This document shows positions 1 through 9,196 of a stretch of 64,000 nucleotides of DNA, one piece after another. Each line of letters opens with the position of its first letter. Within the stretch, counting starts at the first letter, position 1. The translations under genes were made by a program, and so were the position numbers. Under the pieces are notes generated by a model. That model worked only from the letters and a program-made list of their open reading frames with translations, had not been told where the DNA came from and searched no databases. This stretch comes from a virus (taxonomy: Duplodnaviria; Caudoviricetes): positions 160,001-224,000 of IMG/VR virus record IMGVR_UViG_3300028591_000075, one strand, 5' to 3'.

Positions 1-1821
1 ACGAACCCTGCATGTGCCCTCGGCGATGCCATCAAGATTCGTGATATCATATACACCGGCAACGGTCGTGCTACCGTGCACCTTGCGTCTCCCCTGATCC
101 ACTTCACTGATGAAAACCGTCAGTATATCGAGGGAAAGACTGTGGTGCGCATCCTCAATGTCACCCCGTCCGATTTCAATGGATACCATGTCGTTGAGCA
201 CATAAACAGTCCCACCTCCATCGAAATCTCGATGCGCCTGTACAACAACTATACGAACACCGGAACTCCTACCGGGGATTTGGACATGTTGCTATACGAG
301 TGCCGTTGGTACAAGTTTATTATTGACGAAATTGAATGGGAAAAGACCAGTTCCCAGGCTACGTTCACCGGCAAGAACCGTACCACCAGGACTGATGGCG
401 ATGAGGGCACTGCTGCGGATGATGGCCATGTTGCCCTGATGTGCGAATGCGAACATGGACTTGAAGTGGGCGACTACGTGGTTCTCGGATATTCCTTTGA
501 TGAGTTCGATGAAACCAGCCGCCTGTCCGAATATGCCATGGGCAAGGTGATTTCTGTGCCCGACAAAATGAATGTCGTGCTCAATATCGTCTATGGCCAA
601 TACTCCGCCGGAATGTCCATCGCCAGGGGTGTCATTACCCTGCCCGGCATGGATAATATCGCGAACCGAACTGATGAGTATAGCCTCCGCCTGGAAAGTA
701 TAGGATACGAGAAGTATCGCTTTACCGATGGCGACATCATCCTCGCGGCTGGCCAGTTGGTTCCTTCCGAACGGCTGGCATACCTGGTGCGCAGTGGCGC
801 CCGTTGGTCCGTCCTGAAAAAGAAACGTATCTTGAAGGTGCGCCGCGCTACCGTGGATGAATACCATAACAGCTACTTCATCGACGGCACCGAGGAAGAC
901 GATATGGACGAGTACAAGTACACCACGTACTCCGATGTGGATGTCGCCAAGGATGTCAACGGGGCGTATGCTTCCCGTATGTTCATGGTGAGAAACCCGC
1001 TGTTCAATAAGCCGGCCATCGAGGCTATCGACACTACGCGCAACGCCAATGCCGAATACTCCTCCGGCGAGGACTTTGCCAATATCGCTCCCCGTGACGA
1101 CATGAAGAATTCCTTCCACGGTGTCCCTGACCTGAAATATCCTCTGATTGAGAAGATCGAACGTCTGGCATACCTCCGAGATGCCAACGTGATTGACTTT
1201 GAACTTATCGGGTATTTGGCCAGGTTCATGGGTTATGACCTCACGTCCATGGCGGACGATGTGCAGACGAGCAACCTGTACCGTACTGTCAAGCAGCAGG
1301 AAAATGCCATCAGGGAAGCCGTGCTGAACCTCCCGCAATACTACGCGCTCGGTGGCACCAATGCCGGCTTGAAGATGCTCATGGGCGCCTTCGGTGTAAT
1401 CGGGGATGTCCTTACTCTCTATACCAACACCATGCACCCTTATGAGGAACTGCTCAACAAGGACGAGGTGGCCGGTCGCCTGGAAGAGGACACTACCAAT
1501 GGCACAATCGAGGGTACATGGGTATCTACCCCGTACATCGACATCGCGCTTACCGACGATTCCCGGTTCCCCCAGTTCGCCATCCAGGTGGACGATATCC
1601 AGAGAATTCGTGAACAGATTCGCGTGTGGAAGCCAATCCAGGTCGTGTTCAGGGATATTCTTCTCCGGTATGTCGGTGAAATCGAGTTGAATTCCTGGAT
1701 TACCGGCCCCATTGTCGGAATTGAGGAATTTGGTACCGTTATCGGGGCAACTGACGGTGACGAGGATGAGGTCCTTGATGCCGAATATGTCGATCCGGCG
1801 TTGACCAACTGCGCATTCTAG
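1..1821 (+). CDS. Baseplate wedge / tail-formation protein (C-terminal P2 gpI-like region); 5'-truncated by the window edge
   Basis: Frame 1 is open from base 1. The C-terminal 'LAYLRDANVIDFELIGYLARFMGYDL...IREAVLNLPQYYALGGTNAGLKMLM' resembles the Tail_P2_I pattern (D..LP.LA...G....R..I......Y..KGT..GL). It directly precedes a tail-fibre gene. Confidence 0.65.
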   Translation, partial: TNPACALGDAIKIRDIIYTGNGRATVHLASPLIHFTDENRQYIEGKTVVRILNVTPSDFNGYHVVEHINSPTSIEISMRLYNNYTNTGTPTGDLDMLLYECRWYKFIIDEIEWEKTSSQATFTGKNRTTRTDGDEGTAADDGHVALMCECEHGLEVGDYVVLGYSFDEFDETSRLSEYAMGKVISVPDKMNVVLNIVYGQYSAGMSIARGVITLPGMDNIANRTDEYSLRLESIGYEKYRFTDGDIILAAGQLVPSERLAYLVRSGARWSVLKKKRILKVRRATVDEYHNSYFIDGTEEDDMDEYKYTTYSDVDVAKDVNGAYASRMFMVRNPLFNKPAIEAIDTTRNANAEYSSGEDFANIAPRDDMKNSFHGVPDLKYPLIEKIERLAYLRDANVIDFELIGYLARFMGYDLTSMADDVQTSNLYRTVKQQENAIREAVLNLPQYYALGGTNAGLKMLMGAFGVIGDVLTLYTNTMHPYEELLNKDEVAGRLEEDTTNGTIEGTWVSTPYIDIALTDDSRFPQFAIQVDDIQRIREQIRVWKPIQVVFRDILLRYVGEIELNSWITGPIVGIEEFGTVIGATDGDEDEVLDAEYVDPALTNCAF

Positions 1822-1843
1822 TCATTACATCGTTCTCAAAGAT

Positions 1844-1851
1844 TATAAACT
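1844..1851 (+). promoter_or_regulatory. TATAAACT putative late promoter
   Basis: Intergenic TCTCAAA-N3-TATAAACT. The same motif recurs before structural genes at 9104, 25834, 35128 and 40577. Confidence 0.55.
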
Positions 1852-1881
1852 AGTTTTCGTAAAAACTGGGTTTTATAGCTT

Positions 1882-4800
1882 ATGAAAAACATGAGATTGA
1901 CTAAGGCCGGTGCCGAACTGCTCGGCACGGCACATGCGGACGGAGAAACCCGCTTCTGGATTGGATATTATGGTCTCGCCTATGTTGCCGACAGGGAAAA
2001 CGACAACATTAAGGATGCCGCGCAGTCCGGTAAACTTACCAAGAACGGTGACTATATCTTCAATATATGGCAGGGAGATATGCTTAACGGGTATGCCCAG
2101 AATAACCCGGAGGATACCGCTGCCGCGTCTCTGTTTGGATTGACCCTTTACGATAAGAGCATCAGGACCAACTACCGCTATGTCTATGATCCGGACACTG
2201 GCCGCAACAGGTTGGTTGCCTGGAAGAGTGAATCCACCGGTAACGGGGAGAATACCCTCGAACGCAAGGGTGCTGCCATTTACTTGGGTACCAAGTTTGC
2301 CGATGGCGAGACCACTCCTTCCGAACTTCCGCTTCCGGCACCTCTCTACTACGGTGGTGAGCCCAATACCAATGCCATCGTGACGGCTTCCGAGAATGCC
2401 GGCAACATCCCCGTGTCCGCGGACTACCGTTACTATGTCGGTACGAAGAATGCCGGTGATTTTGGATGGGTGGATTCCGGTGCTACCCAGGACAGCGAGA
2501 CTGTCAGTGATGACACTCTCCTCACGTCCATCTCCAACTTCAACAAGTTCCATGGAACCGTAAGCAGCGAAGGCTACGGCGTGTCCTCGGTGTCCTCCTG
2601 CCACAACATGAGCAAGGCCACCAAGCTCTTCCCGATTAGCTACTACAACGTAATTAACGACAATGGCAAGAAGCTCGCAGAAACCCAGTATGCCGACAAT
2701 TCGCCGGCCAGGAAGCCTCTTGCCACTGCCATCAAGTTCAGTATCGACCTTAGCCCAGTTACTGCCGATACCGGCTATACCGCGCTGAACTACGAGGATG
2801 GCGGTATCGTCGAGGACCAGGCCGTGGGGGAAAGCGACCTTTACTCCTCCAAGTACATCAGCTTCAAGTTCAACCGTATCGGTATCTATGCTGTGCCGAT
2901 GACCATCCATCGCTACTCGACAGACAGTTCCACGGACGAATGCAACATGCAGAAGGTCCAGTTTGAAATCGCTGGCGACGAGGAACCGGTCCTGTTCGCT
3001 ATTGCCGATGTCAACGACACCATCATTTCCGACAATCCGTCCGCCGAGGAAGGTGGTGTTGCCAAGTTCAGCCTGGAATTCATCCTCAACCTCGGAAACG
3101 GAGACGAGGAAACCGGCATCGAACAGCGCACGGCGGTCTACTACAACCTCTACGAGAATGATGCCACCACCTGGTACAAGAACCAGCTTCTTGCCAGTGC
3201 CAGCATCTCTGAGGCCGTTACGGACCTGTCGCTCGAAATGAACGCGCTGAAACAGCATATGGGCGAGGACAAGGAATGCTGCAGCCAGGAAATGGACCTC
3301 AGCAGGTATGCCTTGAAGAACCATACTCACGACTACTTGAAGAACCTTATCGACGGCGTGAACAATGAAGGCTCCGTCAGGGGTATCTACACCTGCGAGG
3401 AGGGTGACGGTTCCGATATCAAGGCCGTGTTCGGCTTGCGCGAGAATGCCCCGGCAGGTGTACAGAAGTCCTGCACACTTGATGCACTGAGTGAAATGGT
3501 TGACGGGGAAGTCGTGACAATCCCCGACTCCTACATGTACTGCATTGGTCCGGTGGACATGAATGCGGTGCCTTCCGAAAACTTGCTGTCCCTTGAACAG
3601 TTGAAGGCCATCATGCAGCGCAAGGATGGCATCCTGTGGATTGTACAGAACCTTTCGATGAACGGTGGCTGGTATGGGCCCGGCGATACGGTTCCGAATG
3701 ATGTTGACCGTATGTATATCTGGGTTTCTCCCACGAAATATGCCAGGGTTGACCGTCAGACCGACGAAATCGTGGTCAATGAAGTCGATCCCGGTAGCAC
3801 CGCCCAATACCAGGCAATTACCATCAAGGATGCCGCGGTGGAACCATTGTTCAGTGTCGATGGCTACTCGGTTGGTCAGGATTCCCTTGTGCTGGGTGAC
3901 AACACGGCTGCTGCCGGTAAGTTCTCCCTTCTCCAGGGTTCCAACACGTATTCCGACAGCGATTATGCGACTATTCTTGGCACCAATAAGGTAAGGTGTG
4001 CCAATTCCGAGCATACGACAGTCCTCGGTGCGTCCGGATTGGATGTCAAGGATTGCTCTCACTCCATCCTGTTCGGTTCCGCGTACCCTGAGGACAAGGC
4101 CGTCAAGCTGCAGAAAATCAACTATTCTGTGGTTGGTGGCAAGTTCTATGAAGATGATGAAGTTCCTGGGTTTGTCGGCGGAATTTCGGCGTCTCTGTGG
4201 CTTGCCTTTGAAAACGGTCCATACAAGAATGGCGCGAGTGGTTCGGTGAGCGGGTCTATTCTCACGGGTCACGCCTATTTTGCCCAAAATGTGACTAACA
4301 CCGTTTTCTTGCGCATTGGTGAAAATTCGTCGAAAATGACATTCGGAAACTCAAATGCGTCTCTTGTACTTGGCGATGGCTATTCGGTGTATGATGCTGG
4401 TGACCATGATGATGAAATCGACCAGAATATCTCATACAATCGCAGTATTGCCCTGTCAACTAATGTACATGGCTATTACACCGATTCTGAGAAGAATTAC
4501 CGTAAGTTCAAGGGTGAATCAATTACCGCCCCATCGCTGTCATACAGTGTGGCAACCGGTGCCAATATCCGCAGACCGGTATCGTCCTCGTTGATATTGG
4601 CTTCCAGCAGTCTTGATATTGGTAAGGTCTCTCCAAACTCGCTCTATAATAGTGGCGATATTTTCTGTAACCTCATCGCAATGACAGGGTCACGAGTCGG
4701 CACCGGTGTTTATGACACCATACTGGTTGGTGGCGGACATGTTGTTCCAGATGGCACAAATTCGTTTATCCGCGTTGGTGGTGGAATGGGGACGACTTCC

Positions 4801-6432
4801 TATTTCAATGATTTCGCAATACCGCTTGCTGACTTCAATGCACAAGTATCCGCTGAAACCATTGCAAATGGCAACTATGTTATCTTGGGCGATGGTGAAC
4901 TTATCGTATGGGATGATGCAGCCAGCGCTTACAAGCGGGTAACGTTGAGCGGTTCCAGTGACCATATCTATTTTGGCGTTACGGTAACCAATAAGCACCC
5001 GAAGTACGTTCCGTCGCAGAGTATTGTCAGAACAATGTACTATAACAACGATACGTCGAGTACCACAAAATGGCTGCGCACGATTTCTCTTGGTTCCACC
5101 AGGAATTGCCGAGTGAATTCCGGTAAGCTCGTGTACGGCATCGATGTTGGCGGTGGCAACAACTTTGGTTGTCCTGGTCTCGACAGTAACGGCATTCTTT
5201 GTGTGGGGCAGGGAAACCGTGGTATTTATACACAGTTGAAGACAGTTACCATATTAGGTGACCGCAATTCGTTTAATAGTGAGTACATGCCTTATGACGC
5301 TACTGGAGATACACCACTATATCCGTTGGCATCCAATGTTCATGTATTCGGCAGCGACATGTCTTTTGAGTTGGGTTCCAGAGACCCATTTGCGACCCAT
5401 GAGTATAAGGATGCATTAGTTTTCCTCTCTAAGGAATATGATCGTTCGACATTGGGTATATTTGACCACCCGATGGCATACTACTCGCAGCCGAATGACC
5501 AATACCCTGGCCAGTCCTGGGCGATTGCCTATTCCGACCCATCTCATAAGGGGTTCTTCACTATCGACCCAATTCTCTTTGACAACTACAAGAGGGCTTG
5601 GGTGCAGAAAGACAATGTTAATGGTGAGGCTGTGTGGAATGCATACAACTGTCAGGTTGGTACCATTCAGCCATCTACTACACAAGTTACATGGAGTGAG
5701 GTTACTGAGCTTGCCGAAACTCTTGAATCTGAGAGTGACGTATATCGTGGATATGACCTGTATGGTTTCAAGGACCCGTTCAGTGGCATGACCCGCGCCG
5801 AAATTCGCAAGGCTGTTGGTAAACCGAAAGCTCCTATTGTTTACACTGGTGGTATCACGCTTGCCGGCCTACCTCCGAAGAGCGGTGAATCCTATGATAA
5901 GAACTTCGGTCTTATCAAGCTGGGCCACGTTTCCAAGCCGGTTGCCTACATCAATACCTACCCGGTGGATGGTTGGAATACCGGTGGAAATCTCATCTAC
6001 CCGGTGTCCGTCACTGGCACTACGTCATGCCCGTTTGGCGGCATGACACTGGCCATTGACCATACCCAGGAAGCTGATGGCACGATGCACCTGGTTCTTT
6101 CCCGCGGTGGGGGCAGCGGTAGCGGTGGAAACACGTCGTTTACCCGTACTAGCGTATCGCTTTCCGGCGACCTCTTCGAAACGATGAAGGCTGGTCGCGA
6201 ATACAGCGTCAGCGGTACATCTGGTACTACGTTGACTTTCGGTATTGGCACCATGCAGCTTGGTGAAGAAAGTGTCGTGGTTGTCCCGTCATCCGGTCCG
6301 ACTGTAAAGATTTCCGGTCAGACTCTGAACGCGGGAACCACTTACCTGATTCGCCGCACGGCCTATATTGCGTCGGAAGGTTCGACCCCATCAAATGCTG
6401 TCTTGGCTATCCCCTGCCTTGACATCCATTAG
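1882..6432 (+). CDS. Tail fibre / tail-collar fibre protein, 1516 aa
   Basis: N-terminus 'MRLTKAGAELLGTAHADG' is like P2 gpH/DUF3751 fibre anchors. It is followed by a coiled-coil, a 'YALKNHTHDY' motif, and Gly/Ser/Asn-rich beta-repeat segments. Confidence 0.7.
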   Translation: MKNMRLTKAGAELLGTAHADGETRFWIGYYGLAYVADRENDNIKDAAQSGKLTKNGDYIFNIWQGDMLNGYAQNNPEDTAAASLFGLTLYDKSIRTNYRYVYDPDTGRNRLVAWKSESTGNGENTLERKGAAIYLGTKFADGETTPSELPLPAPLYYGGEPNTNAIVTASENAGNIPVSADYRYYVGTKNAGDFGWVDSGATQDSETVSDDTLLTSISNFNKFHGTVSSEGYGVSSVSSCHNMSKATKLFPISYYNVINDNGKKLAETQYADNSPARKPLATAIKFSIDLSPVTADTGYTALNYEDGGIVEDQAVGESDLYSSKYISFKFNRIGIYAVPMTIHRYSTDSSTDECNMQKVQFEIAGDEEPVLFAIADVNDTIISDNPSAEEGGVAKFSLEFILNLGNGDEETGIEQRTAVYYNLYENDATTWYKNQLLASASISEAVTDLSLEMNALKQHMGEDKECCSQEMDLSRYALKNHTHDYLKNLIDGVNNEGSVRGIYTCEEGDGSDIKAVFGLRENAPAGVQKSCTLDALSEMVDGEVVTIPDSYMYCIGPVDMNAVPSENLLSLEQLKAIMQRKDGILWIVQNLSMNGGWYGPGDTVPNDVDRMYIWVSPTKYARVDRQTDEIVVNEVDPGSTAQYQAITIKDAAVEPLFSVDGYSVGQDSLVLGDNTAAAGKFSLLQGSNTYSDSDYATILGTNKVRCANSEHTTVLGASGLDVKDCSHSILFGSAYPEDKAVKLQKINYSVVGGKFYEDDEVPGFVGGISASLWLAFENGPYKNGASGSVSGSILTGHAYFAQNVTNTVFLRIGENSSKMTFGNSNASLVLGDGYSVYDAGDHDDEIDQNISYNRSIALSTNVHGYYTDSEKNYRKFKGESITAPSLSYSVATGANIRRPVSSSLILASSSLDIGKVSPNSLYNSGDIFCNLIAMTGSRVGTGVYDTILVGGGHVVPDGTNSFIRVGGGMGTTSYFNDFAIPLADFNAQVSAETIANGNYVILGDGELIVWDDAASAYKRVTLSGSSDHIYFGVTVTNKHPKYVPSQSIVRTMYYNNDTSSTTKWLRTISLGSTRNCRVNSGKLVYGIDVGGGNNFGCPGLDSNGILCVGQGNRGIYTQLKTVTILGDRNSFNSEYMPYDATGDTPLYPLASNVHVFGSDMSFELGSRDPFATHEYKDALVFLSKEYDRSTLGIFDHPMAYYSQPNDQYPGQSWAIAYSDPSHKGFFTIDPILFDNYKRAWVQKDNVNGEAVWNAYNCQVGTIQPSTTQVTWSEVTELAETLESESDVYRGYDLYGFKDPFSGMTRAEIRKAVGKPKAPIVYTGGITLAGLPPKSGESYDKNFGLIKLGHVSKPVAYINTYPVDGWNTGGNLIYPVSVTGTTSCPFGGMTLAIDHTQEADGTMHLVLSRGGGSGSGGNTSFTRTSVSLSGDLFETMKAGREYSVSGTSGTTLTFGIGTMQLGEESVVVVPSSGPTVKISGQTLNAGTTYLIRRTAYIASEGSTPSNAVLAIPCLDIH

Positions 6433-7386
6433 CCATTCGGCTCTGGACCTTGAAGAACGACCGGGCACAAGTTGCTCGGCGTTTTTCATATTGCAGTGCC
6501 TGCAGAATGGATGTGGGAGGACAGCAAACAGCAGTATTTCGGCAGCCCGTTCAACATCGTCCAGTTCAATGTAATCAAACTTTCCCGGATGCAAATTGGT
6601 GCCGAATGCATTGTTTAGATAATGTAGGTAAGGTGTTGATGAACAAAGATATACACGTTTCCCAACCAAGGTAAGGCAAGAACTTTCGGCACAGTTCCTC
6701 TTGCCGCTGGTCTCGAAGTCCGGTGTTTCGGATTTCAGCACTTTGTGGAATACTGCGGGTGAGTCTCCAAATCGGACTATCGGGACACCTTCGCTCTGTT
6801 TTATGGCATTCTGGATGGCGTTCCCGTTGCACCGGTATTCGGAATATCCGAACCAGGTTTCGGTTTCTTTCATCGCCGGGAGAAGTTTGTCCTTTCTGAG
6901 GCCGAACAGGAGCATATTTGACACTACGAAGCGCATGGCCCATGGGAAATTGTCATGTACCATGCGTATGATTTCGGGCAGATTGTCGTGGAGGAGGGGT
7001 TCACCACCAAGGATGTTCACCTGGTTTATGGCCGACCGGCATTTTTCACTGAGAAGGGTTACCGATGCTGCGAGGTCGGCCAGGTCTACCGGCTGTGCGT
7101 CATGGGCCAGCGGGGCATAGTGGGAACAACACTCGCATCCGATATTGCACTTGTCGATGATGGGCAGGTCGATTGATATTTTGGAAACCTTGAATGAAAT
7201 GGGGATTGGCGCCGGATGGTCGGGGTACATTTCATCCACGGCCTGACTCAGTATCTCCACAAGGTCCCAGCATGGCCTCAAATCCGGTGATATTTTACAA
7301 AATGCCAGGCATGAAACGAGATATGACAGTTCTTCATCGGTACGGACGACCGCATTTATGTAATCTTTCGGCGAGAAATTCTTCAT
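6391..7386 (-). CDS. Radical SAM protein with Cys-rich (SPASM/twitch-like) C-terminus
   Basis: CNIGCECC (CxxxCxxC), ILGGEPLLH, then C-terminal C..C...C and CRHC. Convergent with the tail fibre gene, overlapping it by 42 nt. Confidence 0.85.
   Translation of the reverse strand: MKNFSPKDYINAVVRTDEELSYLVSCLAFCKISPDLRPCWDLVEILSQAVDEMYPDHPAPIPISFKVSKISIDLPIIDKCNIGCECCSHYAPLAHDAQPVDLADLAASVTLLSEKCRSAINQVNILGGEPLLHDNLPEIIRMVHDNFPWAMRFVVSNMLLFGLRKDKLLPAMKETETWFGYSEYRCNGNAIQNAIKQSEGVPIVRFGDSPAVFHKVLKSETPDFETSGKRNCAESSCLTLVGKRVYLCSSTPYLHYLNNAFGTNLHPGKFDYIELDDVERAAEILLFAVLPHPFCRHCNMKNAEQLVPGRSSRSRAEWLMDVKAGDSQDSI
6461..6486 (+). terminator. Possible intrinsic terminator for the tail fibre transcript, embedded in the antisense radical SAM gene
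   Basis: CCGGGCA-caagt-TGCTCGG stem (one G:U pair), then CG and TTTTT, 29 nt after the 6432 stop. Confidence 0.35.
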
Positions 7387-7392
7387 ACCTGG

Positions 7393-7420
7393 AAACTATT
7401 ATCGAACAATGAAGTAGTTT
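7393..7420. promoter_or_regulatory. Divergent TAGTTT -10-like elements
   Basis: TAGTTT on the minus strand (7393-7398) lies exactly 6 nt before the ATG at 7386. TAGTTT on the plus strand (7415-7420) lies upstream of the GAGG RBS of 7457. Confidence 0.45.
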
Positions 7421-7456
7421 TCCACCGTAGAACAATTACAACAGAGGTTGTGAATT

Positions 7457-7951
7457 ATGAAAATGACCGTTAAGCGCAAGTATCTCCTGGAACTCCGTAG
7501 CATTCTTGCCAATGCCAACCAGATCTTCGGTGGCACCATCCCGAGCAAGGTCCGCTACGCCTTCTCCGTCAACATGAAGCGTTGCAACGAGGAAGCCAAG
7601 GAAATCGAGGAAGGGTTCCCGAATGATGAAAAGTGGGTGGAATACGAACGCGGTCGTATCAACTTGCTTCATGAAGCCGGTGTAAATTCCAATGCCGACC
7701 TGACGAAGCTCAGTACCGAACAGCTCAATGCACTCGAAGAACGCATCAAGGTGTTTGCCGAACCGTACGAAGACGCCATCAAGGCCCAGGAAGAAATCAA
7801 CAAGGCCCGCACGGAAACCTTGAACGAGGATGTCGAAGTCGAACTCCGTACCATCACTCCTGACGAATTGCCGAACATCATCATCGAAAATGACGATTGG
7901 CAGGTATGGAACGTCCTGTTCAACGATGGCAACGGTATCGTAAGGGAATAA
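7457..7951 (+). CDS. Helical acidic protein, DUF1617-like / possible tail-fibre chaperone
   Basis: GAGG RBS and strong codon bias. All-helical, with a 'KVRYAFSVNMKR...LNEDVEVELRTITPDELP' pattern resembling DUF1617 phage proteins. Confidence 0.55.
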   Translation: MKMTVKRKYLLELRSILANANQIFGGTIPSKVRYAFSVNMKRCNEEAKEIEEGFPNDEKWVEYERGRINLLHEAGVNSNADLTKLSTEQLNALEERIKVFAEPYEDAIKAQEEINKARTETLNEDVEVELRTITPDELPNIIIENDDWQVWNVLFNDGNGIVRE

Positions 7952-7955
7952 TTCA

Positions 7956-9089
7956 ATGGCAACACTCAGCGCCTGCATAGTTGTCAGGAATGGCAAGGGC
8001 AGCATCATCAAGTGCCTTGATGCCCTGCTTCCCATGGCAAACGAGTATGTCATTGTTGATACCGGTTCCACGGATGGTACCGTGGAACTTGTGAAGCAGT
8101 GGCGTACGAAGCATCAGAACCCCGGCTTCATTGTCGATGAGGTCGGGAGCAAGTTCCATGACGAGGAAGGCATTTTTGACTTCGGTGCCGCAAAGAACTA
8201 TGCCATTTCCCTTGCCCACTGCGACTATGTCATGTGGGTAGATGCCAATGACATCTTGAAGGATGGAAGGGGCGCCCGCAGGGAATTCGAGGCAATTGTC
8301 GCCAAGAATCCCGAGGCAAGCATCGTCATGGATACCAAGGTTTCCAAGACCTTCCAGTTCCCACGAGTTCGCATCATGCGTCGCGGCAAGGCCCATTTTA
8401 CCGGGATGATTCACGAGACGATGGAGGATCCGAACGGTCACACAAACGGTGTCCGGGTCCGCTATGTGTTCGAAAACTACAAGAACACCCGTGATGTTCG
8501 TCGCAACTTGAAAGCCCTCGAAAAGGCATGGAAGCTGGACCGTACCCAGAGGGGTGCTTTCTATCTCGGCAATTCCTACAAGGACATGAAGGACCTTGGG
8601 AAGGCTGCGGAATGGTACGCGGTGGTTGTCGACGAGTTCCCGACGGTTATCAACGAGAACCGTTTCAAGGCTCTTGAAACCATCTGCGAAATCTACCTTA
8701 TCGGGGTCCCGGACCTCGAAGATCTGGCCGCAAGGACTATCCAGATGATTGAGGAGTTCCCTGACCGCCCGGAAGGGTATTTCTACCGCGCCAGGTACCA
8801 GTACATCACCAAGAACTACCACATGGCCAAGAAGTGCCTGTTGCAGGTCATGCGTCTGAACGCAAGCGACAAGACCACCCTGTGGCACAGTCGTAAGATA
8901 TATGACCGGCACTATATCACCAGCCTCATCAACAATGTCGATGTGGCCATCGAAAGGCAGGAAATCTACGATTTGAAGACTGCCGAACCGATGCCGCTGG
9001 AACATGTCGAGGACGGTGGATACATGGGCATGGCTAATTGCGGTCCTATCGGCGGTGGTTTTGGCGGTTTTGGTGGTTTTGCCATCTAG
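7956..9089 (+). CDS. GT2 glycosyltransferase with C-terminal TPR repeats
   Basis: LSACIVVRN, IVDTGSTDGT, DFGAAKNYA and WVDAND (DxD) motifs; TPR-like 'FYLGNSYKDMKDLGKAAEWY' and 'PEGYFYRARYQY'. Confidence 0.9.
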   Translation: MATLSACIVVRNGKGSIIKCLDALLPMANEYVIVDTGSTDGTVELVKQWRTKHQNPGFIVDEVGSKFHDEEGIFDFGAAKNYAISLAHCDYVMWVDANDILKDGRGARREFEAIVAKNPEASIVMDTKVSKTFQFPRVRIMRRGKAHFTGMIHETMEDPNGHTNGVRVRYVFENYKNTRDVRRNLKALEKAWKLDRTQRGAFYLGNSYKDMKDLGKAAEWYAVVVDEFPTVINENRFKALETICEIYLIGVPDLEDLAARTIQMIEEFPDRPEGYFYRARYQYITKNYHMAKKCLLQVMRLNASDKTTLWHSRKIYDRHYITSLINNVDVAIERQEIYDLKTAEPMPLEHVEDGGYMGMANCGPIGGGFGGFGGFAI

Positions 9090-9103
9090 GGGCTCTCAAA
9101 ACA

Positions 9104-9111
9104 TATAAGCT
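9104..9111 (+). promoter_or_regulatory. TATAAGCT late-promoter variant
   Basis: TCTCAAA-N3-TATAAGCT, with the same upstream heptamer and spacing as at 1834-1851. Confidence 0.45.
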
Positions 9112-9129
9112 GTAGACCGAGAGTCGAAT

Positions 9130-9170
9130 ATGCCCGCATGGAGGTCGGAAGGCTCTCCGGTGGGCATTTT
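9130..9170 (+). terminator. Long hairpin with GGAA tetraloop and short T tract
   Basis: ATGCCCGC..GGAG-GTC-ggaa-GGC-T-CTCC..GTGGGCAT-TTT. Confidence 0.5.
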
Positions 9171-9196
9171 ACTTAGAAATTTAATGGTGGTAATCG

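Noticed and set aside
1873-4287. 804-aa minus-strand ORF (and similar ones at 292-1437, 7953-9005, 9653-12067, 45200-46135, 60856-62028, 63072-63935)
   Set aside because: These are antisense shadows in register with strongly codon-biased plus-strand genes (few TTA/CTA/TCA codons). They have no motifs or RBS, and the two 804-aa lengths are coincidental.
9141-9158. GAGGTCGGAAGG resembles the SRP RNA domain IV loop
   Set aside because: Lacks the conserved AGCAG internal-loop strand and is too short for 4.5S RNA.
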